Below are positions 1 to 10,458 of a DNA stretch of 64,000 nucleotides, one piece after another. Below the pieces are notes generated by a model that was given only the letters and a program-made list of their open reading frames with translations, ran no database searches and was not told where the DNA came from. Position 1 is the first letter of the stretch. Each line of letters begins with the position of its first letter. Origin of the DNA: an uncultured bacterium (GTDB lineage: Bacteria; Planctomycetota; UBA1135; GCA-002686595); the NCBI GenBank assembly GCA_943787795.1, contig CALSNU010000001.1, positions 1 through 64,000 on the forward strand, read 5' to 3'. The position numbers and the translations under genes are program-made.

Positions 1-28
1 CCCCGACCGTGACCGGGCACGACCAAGC

Positions 29-1090
29 ATGGAGATCACAGACATTCCCGTCGAGGGTTACGAGCGCGTCGCGCGCTGCATCGACCAAGAATCCGGGCTC
101 CACGCGCTGATCGCGGTCCACGACACGACCTTGGGCCCGGCCCTGGGCGGACTGCGCTTCCTGCAATACGAGTCCGAGGAGGACGCGCTCTTCGATGTGG
201 TTCGGCTCGCCCGGGGGATGACCCGCAAGTCAGCGGTCGCTGACACGGGGCTCGGCGGCGGGAAGTCCGTCATCATCGGAAACCCAGAGACTCAGAAGTC
301 CCCGGAGCTGTTCCGGGCCATGGGTCGATTCGTCGACAACTTCGGCGGGTCGTACATCACCGCCGAGGACATGAACATCTCGATCGCGGACCTGCGCCAT
401 GTGCGTGAGGGCACTCCGCATGTCACGGGGCTCTCACGTGAGGAGGGGGGCTCGGGGAACCCCAGCCCGTACACCGCGTATGGCTGCGTGGTCGGGATCG
501 AGGCGGCGGCCAAGCACCGCTACGGATCCACCGACCTGTCGGGCAAGCGCATTCTGATCCAGGGCGTCGGCGCCGTGGGCGGAGAGATGGCTCGGCTGCT
601 CAAGGAGCGTGGCGCGGACGTGATCATCTGCGACATCAAGGAGGACCGCGTGGCTGATCTCTGCGAGGAGTTCGGCTACCGCTCGGTCTCGGAGGAGAAC
701 CACCTCGACGAGGAGTGCGACATCTACGCGCCCTGTGCCCGTGGTGCTGGGATCAACGACGAGACCATCCCTCGCCTGACCTGCGATATTGTCGCGGGGT
801 GCGCGAACAACATGCTGCTCGAGCCCCGCCACGGCGACGAGCTCGGCCAGCGCGGCATCCTCTACGCGCCGGACTACGTGGTGAACGCGGCGGGGATCAT
901 CAACGTCAGCGTGGAGCGCCACGAGGGAGGCTACGTCGAGGAGGTTGCGATGGAGAAGATCCACCGTATTGCCGAGAACCTCGAGGAGGTCTTCCAGCTG
1001 GCCGAGGAGCGGGGGATCGGAACTCACACCGCCGCGCAGCTCCTCGCCGAGCTTCGTATCGAGAGGGCCAAGGCCCAGCGGACGAGCTGA
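29..1090 (+). CDS. Glu/Leu/Phe/Val dehydrogenase (leucine dehydrogenase-like)
   Basis: HDTTLGPALGGLR, GGGKSVI, YITAEDM, GSGNPSPYTAYG, QGVGAVG and YAPDYVVNAAG motifs. Confidence 0.93.
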   Translation: MEITDIPVEGYERVARCIDQESGLHALIAVHDTTLGPALGGLRFLQYESEEDALFDVVRLARGMTRKSAVADTGLGGGKSVIIGNPETQKSPELFRAMGRFVDNFGGSYITAEDMNISIADLRHVREGTPHVTGLSREEGGSGNPSPYTAYGCVVGIEAAAKHRYGSTDLSGKRILIQGVGAVGGEMARLLKERGADVIICDIKEDRVADLCEEFGYRSVSEENHLDEECDIYAPCARGAGINDETIPRLTCDIVAGCANNMLLEPRHGDELGQRGILYAPDYVVNAAGIINVSVERHEGGYVEEVAMEKIHRIAENLEEVFQLAEERGIGTHTAAQLLAELRIERAKAQRTS

Positions 1091-1093
1091 TCT

Positions 1094-1205
1094 GCGCCGG
1101 GTGCGGCCTGGCGCCGGGTGCTGCCTGGCGACGGGTGCTGCTTGGCGCCTGGGCGGTGTGCCCTTCTCGCGGTGTGCCCCATCGCTTTGTGCCCTACTCG
1201 CTTTG
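1094..1205. repeat. Two adjacent degenerate minisatellites (17-bp GCGCCGGGTGCTGCCTG x3; ~16-bp (G/T)TGTGCCC..TCGC x3)
   Basis: Read directly from the sequence just after the dehydrogenase stop. Confidence 0.7.
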
Positions 1206-1361
1206 TGAGAGTGTGAGCGCTGAGCTTCACAGGGCCCACGCAGCGAGGCGGGTCGGCCCGGAGGCACCCGGCGGTGCTCGCTGAGCGAGCGCCACGACCG
1301 GGCTCAAGCTGGCCGTGAGGCCCGCCCGCGCTTCACGCGGGCTCTTGCGGTGCTCTCGTGA

Positions 1362-1439
1362 TCAGGGCCGCTGATCAGGGCCACTGTTCAGGGCCACTGT
1401 TCAGGGCCACTGTTCAGGGCCGCTGTTCAGGGCCGCGCT
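1362..1439. repeat. 13-bp tandem repeat TCAGGGCC(A/G)CTGT x6
   Basis: Units start at 1362, 1375, 1388, 1401, 1414 and 1427 with no spacers. Confidence 0.9.
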
Positions 1440-1450
1440 CGGGCAGGGCC

Positions 1451-2575
1451 TCAGCTGGCGGAGCGGCGCTTGCCGTGGGTCGAGGCAGCGCGCTCCTCGG
1501 CGAGCTCGTGGATCCAGCGCACCAACTTGGGCTCCCAGTGGACGGAGCGGAAGCGCTCCCCGGTGATCCGAGCACCCTCCCTCAGGCGGCGGAACAGGGT
1601 GGGGGTCTCGATCAGCCGGCGCATGGCTGCGCCCAGTCCGTTGGGACACTTCGGCGCCACCAGGACACCGTTGGTTCCATCCTCCACGAGCTCGGGGATC
1701 GCCCGCCACCGCGTCGAGATGACGGGCAGGCCAGCCTGCATGGCCTCGAGGATCACCCCGGGCATCCCCTCTCGCTGGTGGTAGCTGGGGAACACCAGGA
1801 CGTCATGGTTCTGGAGCAGCTCGTCCACCCCGCCTTCTGGGGGGGCCTCGCGATATTCGCACCGGCTCCCGAGGTCGACACCTTGCATGGTGAAGTCACC
1901 GTGAGGGGGACCGACGAGCGTGAGGGACGCACCTTCCGGCAATCGCTCCGACGCCTCGATGGCCTCCAAGATGCCCTTCTCCGGGCGGATCGGTCCGACG
2001 TAGAGGAAGCGGCGGGCCTGATCTGGGCGGACCCCGTGACTCCGCGCGGCGTTGCGTGTCGTCGGCCACCAGCGGACCCGCCGGCAGTCGTCCGAGCTCT
2101 TGAATCGATCGCACAGGGAGTGCGTCTGGAGCAGCACGCGATCGGCCATCAGGGTGGAGCGTTCGAACGTCTGGCGGGTCCGTTCGCTCGCCTCATCTGC
2201 GAGCAGATCGAGGTCGCCGCCGAAGACCCGGACCATCAGCGGGACGCCGCGCGCCTTGCAGGCAGACCGGACGATGGCGCCCGAGCGCAGCAGGCCGCCC
2301 GCGGACGTGTTGAAGAGCACCGCATCGAAGCGTGACCACGGGGTCGTGATTCTGCCCACGAGTCTGGCGAAGATACGCGCCTCATCGATGGACTGACGGA
2401 GCGAGCTGCGGCCCTCGCGGATGACCGAGAGGTCGTGGACGACGATGTCGAGCGAGGGCTCCCGCAAGAGCGCCTCTAGCATTGAGGCGAAGGACTGCTG
2501 GATGCCGCTCACGAACTCCTCGTCCGCGGGCACGGGGCCGATGACGAGCACTCGCTTCCGGCGCCGCTCAGCCAC
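1451..2575 (-). CDS. Glycosyltransferase family 4
   Basis: YVGPIRPEKG and EGMPGVILEAMQAGLPVIST...IPELVEDGTNG; GTG start at 2575 is inferred. Confidence 0.9.
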   Translation of the reverse strand: MAERRRKRVLVIGPVPADEEFVSGIQQSFASMLEALLREPSLDIVVHDLSVIREGRSSLRQSIDEARIFARLVGRITTPWSRFDAVLFNTSAGGLLRSGAIVRSACKARGVPLMVRVFGGDLDLLADEASERTRQTFERSTLMADRVLLQTHSLCDRFKSSDDCRRVRWWPTTRNAARSHGVRPDQARRFLYVGPIRPEKGILEAIEASERLPEGASLTLVGPPHGDFTMQGVDLGSRCEYREAPPEGGVDELLQNHDVLVFPSYHQREGMPGVILEAMQAGLPVISTRWRAIPELVEDGTNGVLVAPKCPNGLGAAMRRLIETPTLFRRLREGARITGERFRSVHWEPKLVRWIHELAEERAASTHGKRRSAS

Positions 2576-2890
2576 GTGTTCGCACCGGGCTGGAGGTCGG
2601 GACGAGTGTCCCCCGTGCTTCAAGCTGGAGAGCAGCGGGGACGGTGGAAGGGCACTTCATGACTCGCTCCGATGACGTCTCGATCGACCGCCGCCCCGGT
2701 CCGACTGAAGTCCACCGGGTGATCCGGAGGCCCGAACCGGCCGCCTGACGCCTTGTGGGACCATCGCCACGGCGCCCCCGCTCGCCTGGCAATATTCCTC
2801 GGAAGTGACCAACCAGGGCCGTTCGCCTACCGTTGCATCGATGAGCCGTGCCGGTCTTCCATTTCGGGAGTCGGCCAGCGCAGCCCACGG

Positions 2891-5800
2891 ATGCCCATGA
2901 ACCTCTCGATTCGGACCCTTCCCCTCGCCCTCCTCTGCCTCTCCGCGACCGCGCAGGGCCAGATCCCGCCTCCGCGACAGGCCGGACAGCCAGTCGGCTT
3001 CGAGGAGGTCTTCGCCCTCGCCGAGGATCGTGGGGCTGTCCTCGAGCAGCTCTTGCCCGGGAGCTCGCAGCACTACTTCTACTCGTGCCTGCACCTCCAA
3101 CAGACCGGGGCGCTCGATCGAGCGGACGAACTGATCAGCCGCTGGCGCGAGGAAGGGGCCACGCCTGCGCTGCGCCAGATCGAGGCCCGTCAGGCGCTTC
3201 TGCGGGCGTCCGACGACCCCGCGCGCACCTTCAAGTTCCTCGAGGACGAGCTCGGGCTGAAGTTCAACCATCGCCGCGAATCGTCCGACGCGGTCACCGC
3301 GCTCCCCCAGGCATTCGATCAGGAGGCCGTGGGCGCGGCCGCCCTCATCAAGGCGGCCCTGAACCGCAAGGATGGCCGCTCGGTCAACGAGCTGAGCCCG
3401 GCGGTCAGGCGCACGCTCCTGACCGGGACGACGCTCACCAAGGCCCAGCGCGGCGCCGTGCTCGACCAGCTCGAATGGCCGGATGTCCCCGGGCTCGTCG
3501 CGGCCATCGAAGCCGACCTTCGTGAGCACCCCAAGGCCACCTTCGGGTCGCGAGCTATCCACAAGCGGCTCCTTCTTGACCAGCTCGAGGAGCTCCGTCG
3601 ACGCCGGCCCGCGCTGCTCTCGAACCGGCTCTACGTGGAGTCGGTGCTCCGGCGCCTCGCGCCGGTGGACGGCGCGTCCATGGGGGACCGGGCGGTGCGT
3701 GAGGCCTACCTCGACCGGGCGCTCGCCTTCGCGGATCAGCTCCCCGAGGCCTTCAACTCGGTGAAGGTGCACCTCCTCTACCACCGGCTCGTGCTCGACC
3801 TCGACGCGGGGCAGGTGAACCGGGAGCGCTTCATGCGCTACCTGCGCCTGCCGCGTCAGGTGGGTTACCTGGACCTCGATCCGCAGGCGCGGGCTGCCGC
3901 AGCTGGCCTCGGTGATGTGGTCGGTGGAGCCACCAGGCTTCCCGCTGTGGGGACCGATGAGCCGGTGGTCCAGGAGCTCCTGGAGACGCTGCTAAGGGGC
4001 CAGGCCGGCTATCAGGACTACCTCGCGGTCCTCCCCGAGCGCTTCGTGCGGCGGGCCTGGGCGCGGACCCAGCTGCTCTACGGCGGCGAGGGGGACCAGG
4101 ACGGGCTGATCGAGATGCTCGGCGGCCCCGCCGAGGCCGAGGCCCTGAGGAACATGGTCGAGCTCGAGTTCGAGCGGACCAACCCGAGGAGCTTCGAGGC
4201 GGACGAGGCGGTCTCCCTCTCGGTGCGCCTCAAGAACGTGGACTCGCTCCTGATCAAGGTCTTCCGCGTGGACCCCGTCGCCTACTTTGACCTCTTCAAC
4301 GGGTCCATCGCCACCAACATCAACCTGGACGGGCTCGTCACCAACGACCAGTTCACGGTCGACCTCGACGCCCCGCCCATGCGGCGCGTGGAGCGCCTGA
4401 TCGACCTGCCCGCGGTGGACGAGCCGGGGACCTACGTGGTCGAGCTGATCGGGGGCGGCGTGGCCAGCCGCGCCATCGTCCGCAAGGGGCGCCTCGATCT
4501 CATCGAGCGGGTCGGACCGAACGGGCACGTGTTCGCGGTCTTCGACGGCCAGCGGATGCAGGTCATGGACGCGGTGCTGCGCTTCGGCGAGCGTGACTTC
4601 ACGGCCAACGCGCAGGGCTACATCCGCATCCCCTTCACGACCGAGGAGCAGGACCGGCGGGTGCTCGTCCGCTCGGGCGCGCTGTCGGAGGTCTCGACGT
4701 TCCGCCACCGCCCCGAGGCGTACTCGCTCGACGGCGCGACCCACATCGCCGCCGAGGCCCTGATCGAGGGCAACCGCGCGCGGATCATCGTGCGCCCGCG
4801 CCTCACGCTGAACGGTCAGCGCCTCTCGCTGGACCGGGTGGAGGACCTCCAGCTGGAGATCGAGTCCTGGGACTTCGAGCAGGCGATCTCGACCCTCACG
4901 GTCGAGGATCTGCGGGCCGCGTCCGCGGCGCTCCTTGAGTCCGATGGGGAAGGGGCCGCATCGCAGGGGATCCTGGTGGCGGAGATCCAGGTCCCCGAAC
5001 GACTGCGTCAGCTCAGGGTTCAGCTCAAGGGGAAGGTCCGCCGCTCGGTGGACGGGGAGCGGGTGGAGCTCTCCTCGAGTCAGAGGAACATCGCGGTCAA
5101 CGGGATGGCCCGGACCGCGACGGTCGGGCAGGCGATGCTCCGCCGAGACCCCGGCGCCTTCAAGATCGAGCTGCGGGGCCGGAACGGAGAGGCCCTCGCG
5201 GGTCGGGCGGCGCGCGTCTCCGTCTGGACCCGCTACTCCTCCCGATCCATCACCAAGGAGCTCCGCTCCAATGAGCTGGGGCACCTCGACCTCGGCGCGC
5301 TCCAGGGGGCGACGAGGATCCGGGTCACCGGCGAGGGGATCGGGACGAACGACTGGTCGCTCCCGGACAGGGAGGTGAGCGGGCTGGCCGGTGAGCTCAA
5401 CACCACCGTGGGCCGGGCGCTCCGCGTCCCCTTCGAGATGGCGGATGGGCTCGAGCCGTCCGACGTCTCGCTGGTCGAGCTCCGGGCCGAACACCCGGTG
5501 GCTGATCGATTCTCCGCGCTCTCCCTCGAGCCAGGCTACCTCGTGCTCAAGGGCCTCGAGCGAGGGAGCTACGCGCTCCGGATCCGCCGCAGCGGGGAGT
5601 CCTTCCGCGTCCAGGTCGAGGAGGGCGAGGTGCGCGCGGGGTTCGTGCTCAGCCAGCACCGCGCCCTGCCACTCTCGAGCGACGCGCCGCTCACGATCCG
5701 GCAGGTCCAATCCACGGGCGACGGCCTCACCGTCGAGCTCGCCGGCGTCTCGGCCGGCACCCAGGTGGCGGTCCTCGGGTCGCGCTACCAGGGACACCAG

Positions 5801-8800
5801 GACCCCGCGGAGGAGCTCGCCCTTGGACACGTGTCGGGCCGCTCACCGCGGACCCTGGTCAGCCCCGCGACCACCTACGACTCTGGCCGCGCCATCGGTG
5901 AGGAGTACCGCTACATCCTCAGTCGACGCGCGCAGGAGATCTACCCGGGCAACATGCTCGCCCGGGCCTCGATCCTCCTGAACCCCTGGGTCCTCTCGGA
6001 GACCACGGACCGCATGGAGTCTGCCTTCGAGGTGACCAATGAACTGATCGGCTTGGGGGGCGGCGCCGGTGGGAAGTTCGGCGGTCGTCTAGGCGGTCGC
6101 GCGCGTAAACAGAAGCGGGAGCGGGTCGAGTCCCTCGACCTGAACTTCCTGGCGAGGCCCGCGGTGATCCTCGCGGGGCTGACCCCGGACGCCCAGGGGC
6201 GCGTGCGGATCCCCGCGGGGGCCTTCGATGGGCTCCAGCAGTTCCGCATCGTGGCCTTCGATGGCGCAGTGGCCACCTCCCGTGAGGTCCTCCGAACTCC
6301 GCGGCCGATCGCGCTGCGCGATGAGCGCCTTGCCGACGGCCTCGACCCCGCGCGTCCGATGACGCAGCAGCGTCAGATCAAGGTCCTGGAGGCGGGCGAT
6401 ACGCTCGTCATCCGGGATGGTCCCAACGCCGACGCGCAGACCTTCCAGACTCTCGGGGACGTGTTCCGGCTCTACGCCACGATGACGGCGGGCGCCCCCG
6501 GGCGGTCCGCGCTGGAGCCCTTCGAGTTCCTCACCCGCTGGCCGGCGCTCGACGGCGACGAGAAGCGGACGCTCTACTCGGAGTTCGCGTGCCACGAGGT
6601 CAACGTCTTCATCAACGAGAAGGACCCGGTGTTCTTCCGTGAGGTCGTCGGCCCCTACCTCGCCAACAAGGGGGCCAGGACGTTCATGGACGACTGGCTC
6701 CTTGGGGAAGACCTCGCGGGCTACCTCGAGCCGTGGCGGTACCAGAGGCTGAATGCCGTGGAGCGCATCCTCCTGCTCCGGCGGTTGAACCTCGACGCCG
6801 ACCGGTCCGCGCAGGATCTCCTGGCGACGGTGCCCGCGGGCGTCTTCTCCCTGGACCGGGTCTTCTCGTCGGTGCTGGCAAGCCGCAGCATGGACCGGCG
6901 CCGCTCCCTCCTCGACACCAAGCTGGCCGAGGTCCGCAAGCAGGCGGCGCCCACTCAGTCCGCCGCGCCTGCGCCGCCGCGCGGCGGCGGCGGTGGGGGA
7001 GGCGGGCCGGCGAGCCCGGGGCCCTCAGGGCCGTCCTCGCCAGCGCCGACCGCGCCGGCGCTGGCCCAGGACAGTCTCCGTGAGCTCGGATATGGCGGTG
7101 GCGGAGAGAGCGGGTCCGATGACTTCTTCCTCGGCCGAGGGGTCGCGGACCGCCCCGTGGAGCGGGGGCGCGAGCAGCAACAGACCGAGTCGATGGCCGG
7201 GGAGGTCAACGAGGAGTTCGAGGTCTTCGCGGGCGTGGAAGGACTGTGGTTTGCGGACGAAGGCCTCGACTCGTCGCGCGCCCTCTACCGGGGCCTCGAT
7301 CCGACCCAGGCCTTCGCCGAGACGCACTACTGGCGCGTACGGCGCGAGAGCATGACCTATGGCCTCGTGCCGATCTCGCCCTTCTGGGCTGACTTCGCTG
7401 CCGCGGAAGGGCCCTTCTTCTCGACCCACTTCCCGACCGCGACCCGCAGCGCCACCGAGGCGCTGCTGGCCCTGGCGTTCCTGGACCTGCCCTTCTCCGC
7501 GGAGGAGAGCGAGGTCGAGTTGGACGGGCGCAGCGTACGCCTGACCGTGGGCTCCCCGGCCCTGGTGGCTCTCGAGGACATCGCGCCCTCCGCAGCGGAC
7601 CCGGGTCAGCAGCAGCGGATCCTGGTGGGCCAGGACTTCTTCGAGTTGAGCCGCCCGACAGAGAAGGTCGACGGCGTCGATCGAGACCGGTTCATCACCG
7701 GTGAGTTCCTGGTGGGGGTGCCCTATGGCTGCCGCATGGTGCTCTCCAACACCTCCTCCGCTCCGGTGGAGCTGGTGGCGCTCGTGCAAATCCCGGAGGG
7801 CGCCCTGCCCGTCAACGGGGATCGTGTGACCAACGGGGAGCTGGTGACCCTGCCGGCCTATGGGACCCAGTCCCTCGAGGTGGCGTTCTACTTCCCCTCC
7901 CCTGGCGACTTTCAGGACTACCCCATCCACGCTGGGCGGGGAGAGGTCCTCCTCGGTGCGGCGCCGGCTCGGACGTTGGCCGTGGTCGAGGAGCTCTCCG
8001 AGGTGGATCGATCCACCTGGGATTGGATCTCACAGAACGGCTCGGTCGAGGACGTGGTGGCCTACCTCGAGGCGGGCAACCCCCGGACGGTTGACCTCTC
8101 GCGGATCGCCTGGCGTATGGGCGACCAGGGAGCGTTCGAGGCGATCACCGCCTCGCTGACCGCCCGGCAGGTGAGCGCTCCGGTGCTCGATCAGTACGCC
8201 ATCAAGCTGAGGGACGAGGCGGGCACCCGGCGCTTCCTCTCGACCAACGGGAGGATCCTCGGGCTCGTCCAAGCGCCCTTCCAGTCTCCGCTCTACACGG
8301 TGAGCGCCCTCGACCGAGGTCTCTACGAGCACCTCGCCTTCGAGCCGCTCGTCCGCGGGAGGAGCCACGAAGCCGGCTCGGAGCGACGGATCCTCAACGA
8401 TGAGTTCGCGGCCCAGTACCGGCGGTTCCTGCGGCGGATCAGCCTCGGGACCGTCATGACCGGCTCGGATCGGATGGAGCTCGCCTACTACCTGCTCCTC
8501 CAGAACCGGATCGGCGAGGCGCTCGCGGCCTTCGACGGCGTGCAGCCGGACGGCGTCGAGATGGCGCTGCAGTACGACTACATGTCGGCCTACATGGACT
8601 TCTATCGCGGCGACACGGCCCACGCCAGGGAGGTGGCGTCGCGCCACGTGGATCACCCGGTGGACCGCTGGAGTGAGCGCTTCAGGGGGGTCATCGCCCA
8701 GCTCGATGAGATCGAGAGCGGCAAGGTCGGGGACGCGGACCTCGGCGACAGCCGCGACGCGGCGCAGAACGCCCTCGCGGCCACCGAGCCGATCCTGGAG

Positions 8801-9358
8801 TTCGAGATCGACGGGAGCCTCCTGAAGATCTCCCACGAGCGGGTCGGCGACATCGAGCTGCGCTACCACCTGATGGACGTGGAGTTCCTCTTCTCCGCCA
8901 ACCCCTTCGTGCGCGGTGAGGTGGGCCAGTCGAGCCTGATCGAGCCGAACCGCGTGGAGGTGGTCTCCCTCGACGGGGCGAGCCTCTCGACGTCGATCCC
9001 GCTCCCCGAGGATCTGGAGCGGTCGAACCTGTTCGTCGAGGTCCGCGGGGCGGGCATCACGCGCCGGGGGACCTACTTCTCCTCGCGCCTCACGGTCCAG
9101 GGCCTCGAGCGCTACGGACAGCTGCGGGTGGTGGACAGCGAGGGGCTCGGGCCCATCTCGAAGGCCTACGTGAAGGTCTACGGCATGGCCGGGGGCGAGG
9201 TGCGCTTCATCAAGGACGGGTACACCGACCTGCGCGGCCGCTTCGACTACGCCTCGGTCTCGGGGTACGAGGGCCCGCCGGTCTCGCGCTACTCGGTGCT
9301 GGTGCTCCACGAGGAGGCCGGCGCGACCATCACGGAGCTCTCGCCGCCCATTCGCTGA
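2891..9358 (+). CDS. Large secreted hypothetical protein (~2150 aa), alpha-2-macroglobulin-like layout
   Basis: Signal peptide MNLSIRTLPLALLCLSATAQG; coding-like codon bias; beta-sandwich-like segments; Gly/Pro-rich linker; C-terminal KAYVKVY...KDGYTDLRGRFDYAS. Confidence 0.8.
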   Translation: MPMNLSIRTLPLALLCLSATAQGQIPPPRQAGQPVGFEEVFALAEDRGAVLEQLLPGSSQHYFYSCLHLQQTGALDRADELISRWREEGATPALRQIEARQALLRASDDPARTFKFLEDELGLKFNHRRESSDAVTALPQAFDQEAVGAAALIKAALNRKDGRSVNELSPAVRRTLLTGTTLTKAQRGAVLDQLEWPDVPGLVAAIEADLREHPKATFGSRAIHKRLLLDQLEELRRRRPALLSNRLYVESVLRRLAPVDGASMGDRAVREAYLDRALAFADQLPEAFNSVKVHLLYHRLVLDLDAGQVNRERFMRYLRLPRQVGYLDLDPQARAAAAGLGDVVGGATRLPAVGTDEPVVQELLETLLRGQAGYQDYLAVLPERFVRRAWARTQLLYGGEGDQDGLIEMLGGPAEAEALRNMVELEFERTNPRSFEADEAVSLSVRLKNVDSLLIKVFRVDPVAYFDLFNGSIATNINLDGLVTNDQFTVDLDAPPMRRVERLIDLPAVDEPGTYVVELIGGGVASRAIVRKGRLDLIERVGPNGHVFAVFDGQRMQVMDAVLRFGERDFTANAQGYIRIPFTTEEQDRRVLVRSGALSEVSTFRHRPEAYSLDGATHIAAEALIEGNRARIIVRPRLTLNGQRLSLDRVEDLQLEIESWDFEQAISTLTVEDLRAASAALLESDGEGAASQGILVAEIQVPERLRQLRVQLKGKVRRSVDGERVELSSSQRNIAVNGMARTATVGQAMLRRDPGAFKIELRGRNGEALAGRAARVSVWTRYSSRSITKELRSNELGHLDLGALQGATRIRVTGEGIGTNDWSLPDREVSGLAGELNTTVGRALRVPFEMADGLEPSDVSLVELRAEHPVADRFSALSLEPGYLVLKGLERGSYALRIRRSGESFRVQVEEGEVRAGFVLSQHRALPLSSDAPLTIRQVQSTGDGLTVELAGVSAGTQVAVLGSRYQGHQDPAEELALGHVSGRSPRTLVSPATTYDSGRAIGEEYRYILSRRAQEIYPGNMLARASILLNPWVLSETTDRMESAFEVTNELIGLGGGAGGKFGGRLGGRARKQKRERVESLDLNFLARPAVILAGLTPDAQGRVRIPAGAFDGLQQFRIVAFDGAVATSREVLRTPRPIALRDERLADGLDPARPMTQQRQIKVLEAGDTLVIRDGPNADAQTFQTLGDVFRLYATMTAGAPGRSALEPFEFLTRWPALDGDEKRTLYSEFACHEVNVFINEKDPVFFREVVGPYLANKGARTFMDDWLLGEDLAGYLEPWRYQRLNAVERILLLRRLNLDADRSAQDLLATVPAGVFSLDRVFSSVLASRSMDRRRSLLDTKLAEVRKQAAPTQSAAPAPPRGGGGGGGGPASPGPSGPSSPAPTAPALAQDSLRELGYGGGGESGSDDFFLGRGVADRPVERGREQQQTESMAGEVNEEFEVFAGVEGLWFADEGLDSSRALYRGLDPTQAFAETHYWRVRRESMTYGLVPISPFWADFAAAEGPFFSTHFPTATRSATEALLALAFLDLPFSAEESEVELDGRSVRLTVGSPALVALEDIAPSAADPGQQQRILVGQDFFELSRPTEKVDGVDRDRFITGEFLVGVPYGCRMVLSNTSSAPVELVALVQIPEGALPVNGDRVTNGELVTLPAYGTQSLEVAFYFPSPGDFQDYPIHAGRGEVLLGAAPARTLAVVEELSEVDRSTWDWISQNGSVEDVVAYLEAGNPRTVDLSRIAWRMGDQGAFEAITASLTARQVSAPVLDQYAIKLRDEAGTRRFLSTNGRILGLVQAPFQSPLYTVSALDRGLYEHLAFEPLVRGRSHEAGSERRILNDEFAAQYRRFLRRISLGTVMTGSDRMELAYYLLLQNRIGEALAAFDGVQPDGVEMALQYDYMSAYMDFYRGDTAHAREVASRHVDHPVDRWSERFRGVIAQLDEIESGKVGDADLGDSRDAAQNALAATEPILEFEIDGSLLKISHERVGDIELRYHLMDVEFLFSANPFVRGEVGQSSLIEPNRVEVVSLDGASLSTSIPLPEDLERSNLFVEVRGAGITRRGTYFSSRLTVQGLERYGQLRVVDSEGLGPISKAYVKVYGMAGGEVRFIKDGYTDLRGRFDYASVSGYEGPPVSRYSVLVLHEEAGATITELSPPIR

Positions 9359-9405
9359 GCGAGCGGCCCTGGGCTCGGTGGAGCCTTGTCGACGTGAGCT
9401 GGACG

Positions 9406-9438
9406 GCGCGCGGCGCCCCCGAGCGGGGCGCCGCGCGC
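9406..9438. terminator. Perfect 14-bp GC-rich hairpin (terminator-like, weak U-tract)
   Basis: GCGCGCGGCGCCCC / GGGGCGCCGCGCGC inverted repeat downstream of the large gene. Confidence 0.45.
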
Positions 9439-9483
9439 TATCTTCTGCCCCGAGGCCGCCGCGGCAATCGCCCGGCTCCCCCC

Positions 9484-9846
9484 ATGAAGATCCCCACCCG
9501 CGATGAGCTCCGCGCCGAGCTCGCAGGCTTCGACGACACCCGCAAGAAGGTGGTCGGCGGCATGCTGGCCCTCATGTTCCAGTCGCCGGAGAAGGCGCGG
9601 GACCGGGACTGGCTCGCCGAGCAGTTCACCCAGGTCTCCCTGCTCACCGGTCAGTTCGAGGACATTGAGCACGCCCACGAGGGGGTCGAGGTCGCCCAGG
9701 GCTGGATCCGGGAGAACATCGACCCGGTCCTGAACGCCTGCTTCGCGCTCTTCGTCCTGGTGGCCGAGGACGTCCAGCAGGACGAGGCCGCGGCCGAGCT
9801 CACGACCTCGGACGCGATGCTGCGGGCCCTGAGCTACTTCGGTTGA
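9484..9846 (+). CDS. Hypothetical helical protein (120 aa)
   Basis: ATG at 9484 (MKIPTRDEL...), high GC3, protein-like composition. Confidence 0.75.
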   Translation: MKIPTRDELRAELAGFDDTRKKVVGGMLALMFQSPEKARDRDWLAEQFTQVSLLTGQFEDIEHAHEGVEVAQGWIRENIDPVLNACFALFVLVAEDVQQDEAAAELTTSDAMLRALSYFG

Positions 9847-10442
9847 GCGTCGGCGGCGCGGAGCGCGTCACGGCGCTCCTCCAGCCAGAGCGTGGCCTCG
9901 GGCCAGACCTCGAGCACGCAGGCCTCGATCTCCACGTAGCGCCGGCCCAGCTCACCGAAGCCGCTCGCGATGGGGGTCTGCCGCCGCATGCGCCGGGCGA
10001 TCCCCTCGAGCGCGCGCTGGACGTTCCGGCGCTCGCCGTAACCCTGGAGCCAGTCCTCGGCGGCCATGCGGGGAGCCACCTCGACGAGCCGTGGGGGCAG
10101 GAGGTGGGCGAAGGTCTCGAAGGAGCGGTAGAGGCTGCTCGTCACCTCATGGAGAGGCCGTGGGTGGAGCACGTCCCAGCGCCGGGCCAGGACGTGATCG
10201 GCGAACACGTCGAGGAGGATGCCGGAGAAGCGGCGCAGCTCTTCGGGGAACCGCGCGCGCTCGGCACGCACGCGGGGGTGGTCGTCGAACCACTGGTCCA
10301 GGGCGCGGTGCTCGTACAGCGCGAAGCGCATGTCCGCGGGGAGGGACTCCACGTCGAGCCCTCGCCCGAAGTCACCGAGCAGCGCGCCGAGCCGGGCCGC
10401 CTCGGTGGGCTCGGCGAGGGTCACATGCGCGAGGTAATTCAC
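9834..10442 (-). CDS. acpH: Acyl carrier protein phosphodiesterase
   Basis: MNYLAH...LGDF...HRALD...ILLDVFADHVLARRW...WLQGY signature. Confidence 0.9.
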   Translation of the reverse strand: MNYLAHVTLAEPTEAARLGALLGDFGRGLDVESLPADMRFALYEHRALDQWFDDHPRVRAERARFPEELRRFSGILLDVFADHVLARRWDVLHPRPLHEVTSSLYRSFETFAHLLPPRLVEVAPRMAAEDWLQGYGERRNVQRALEGIARRMRRQTPIASGFGELGRRYVEIEACVLEVWPEATLWLEERRDALRAADAQPK

Positions 10443-10458
10443 CGTCGGCGCCGAGGGG

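Noticed and set aside
1362..1439. Tandem repeats here, at 22556 and at 54922 as possible CRISPR arrays
   Set aside because: Units are 13-17 bp, contiguous and spacer-free, and no cas genes are present.
9834..10442. acpH as part of the lipid operon system
   Set aside because: It is over 30 kb away in a housekeeping context, with no evidence of linkage.
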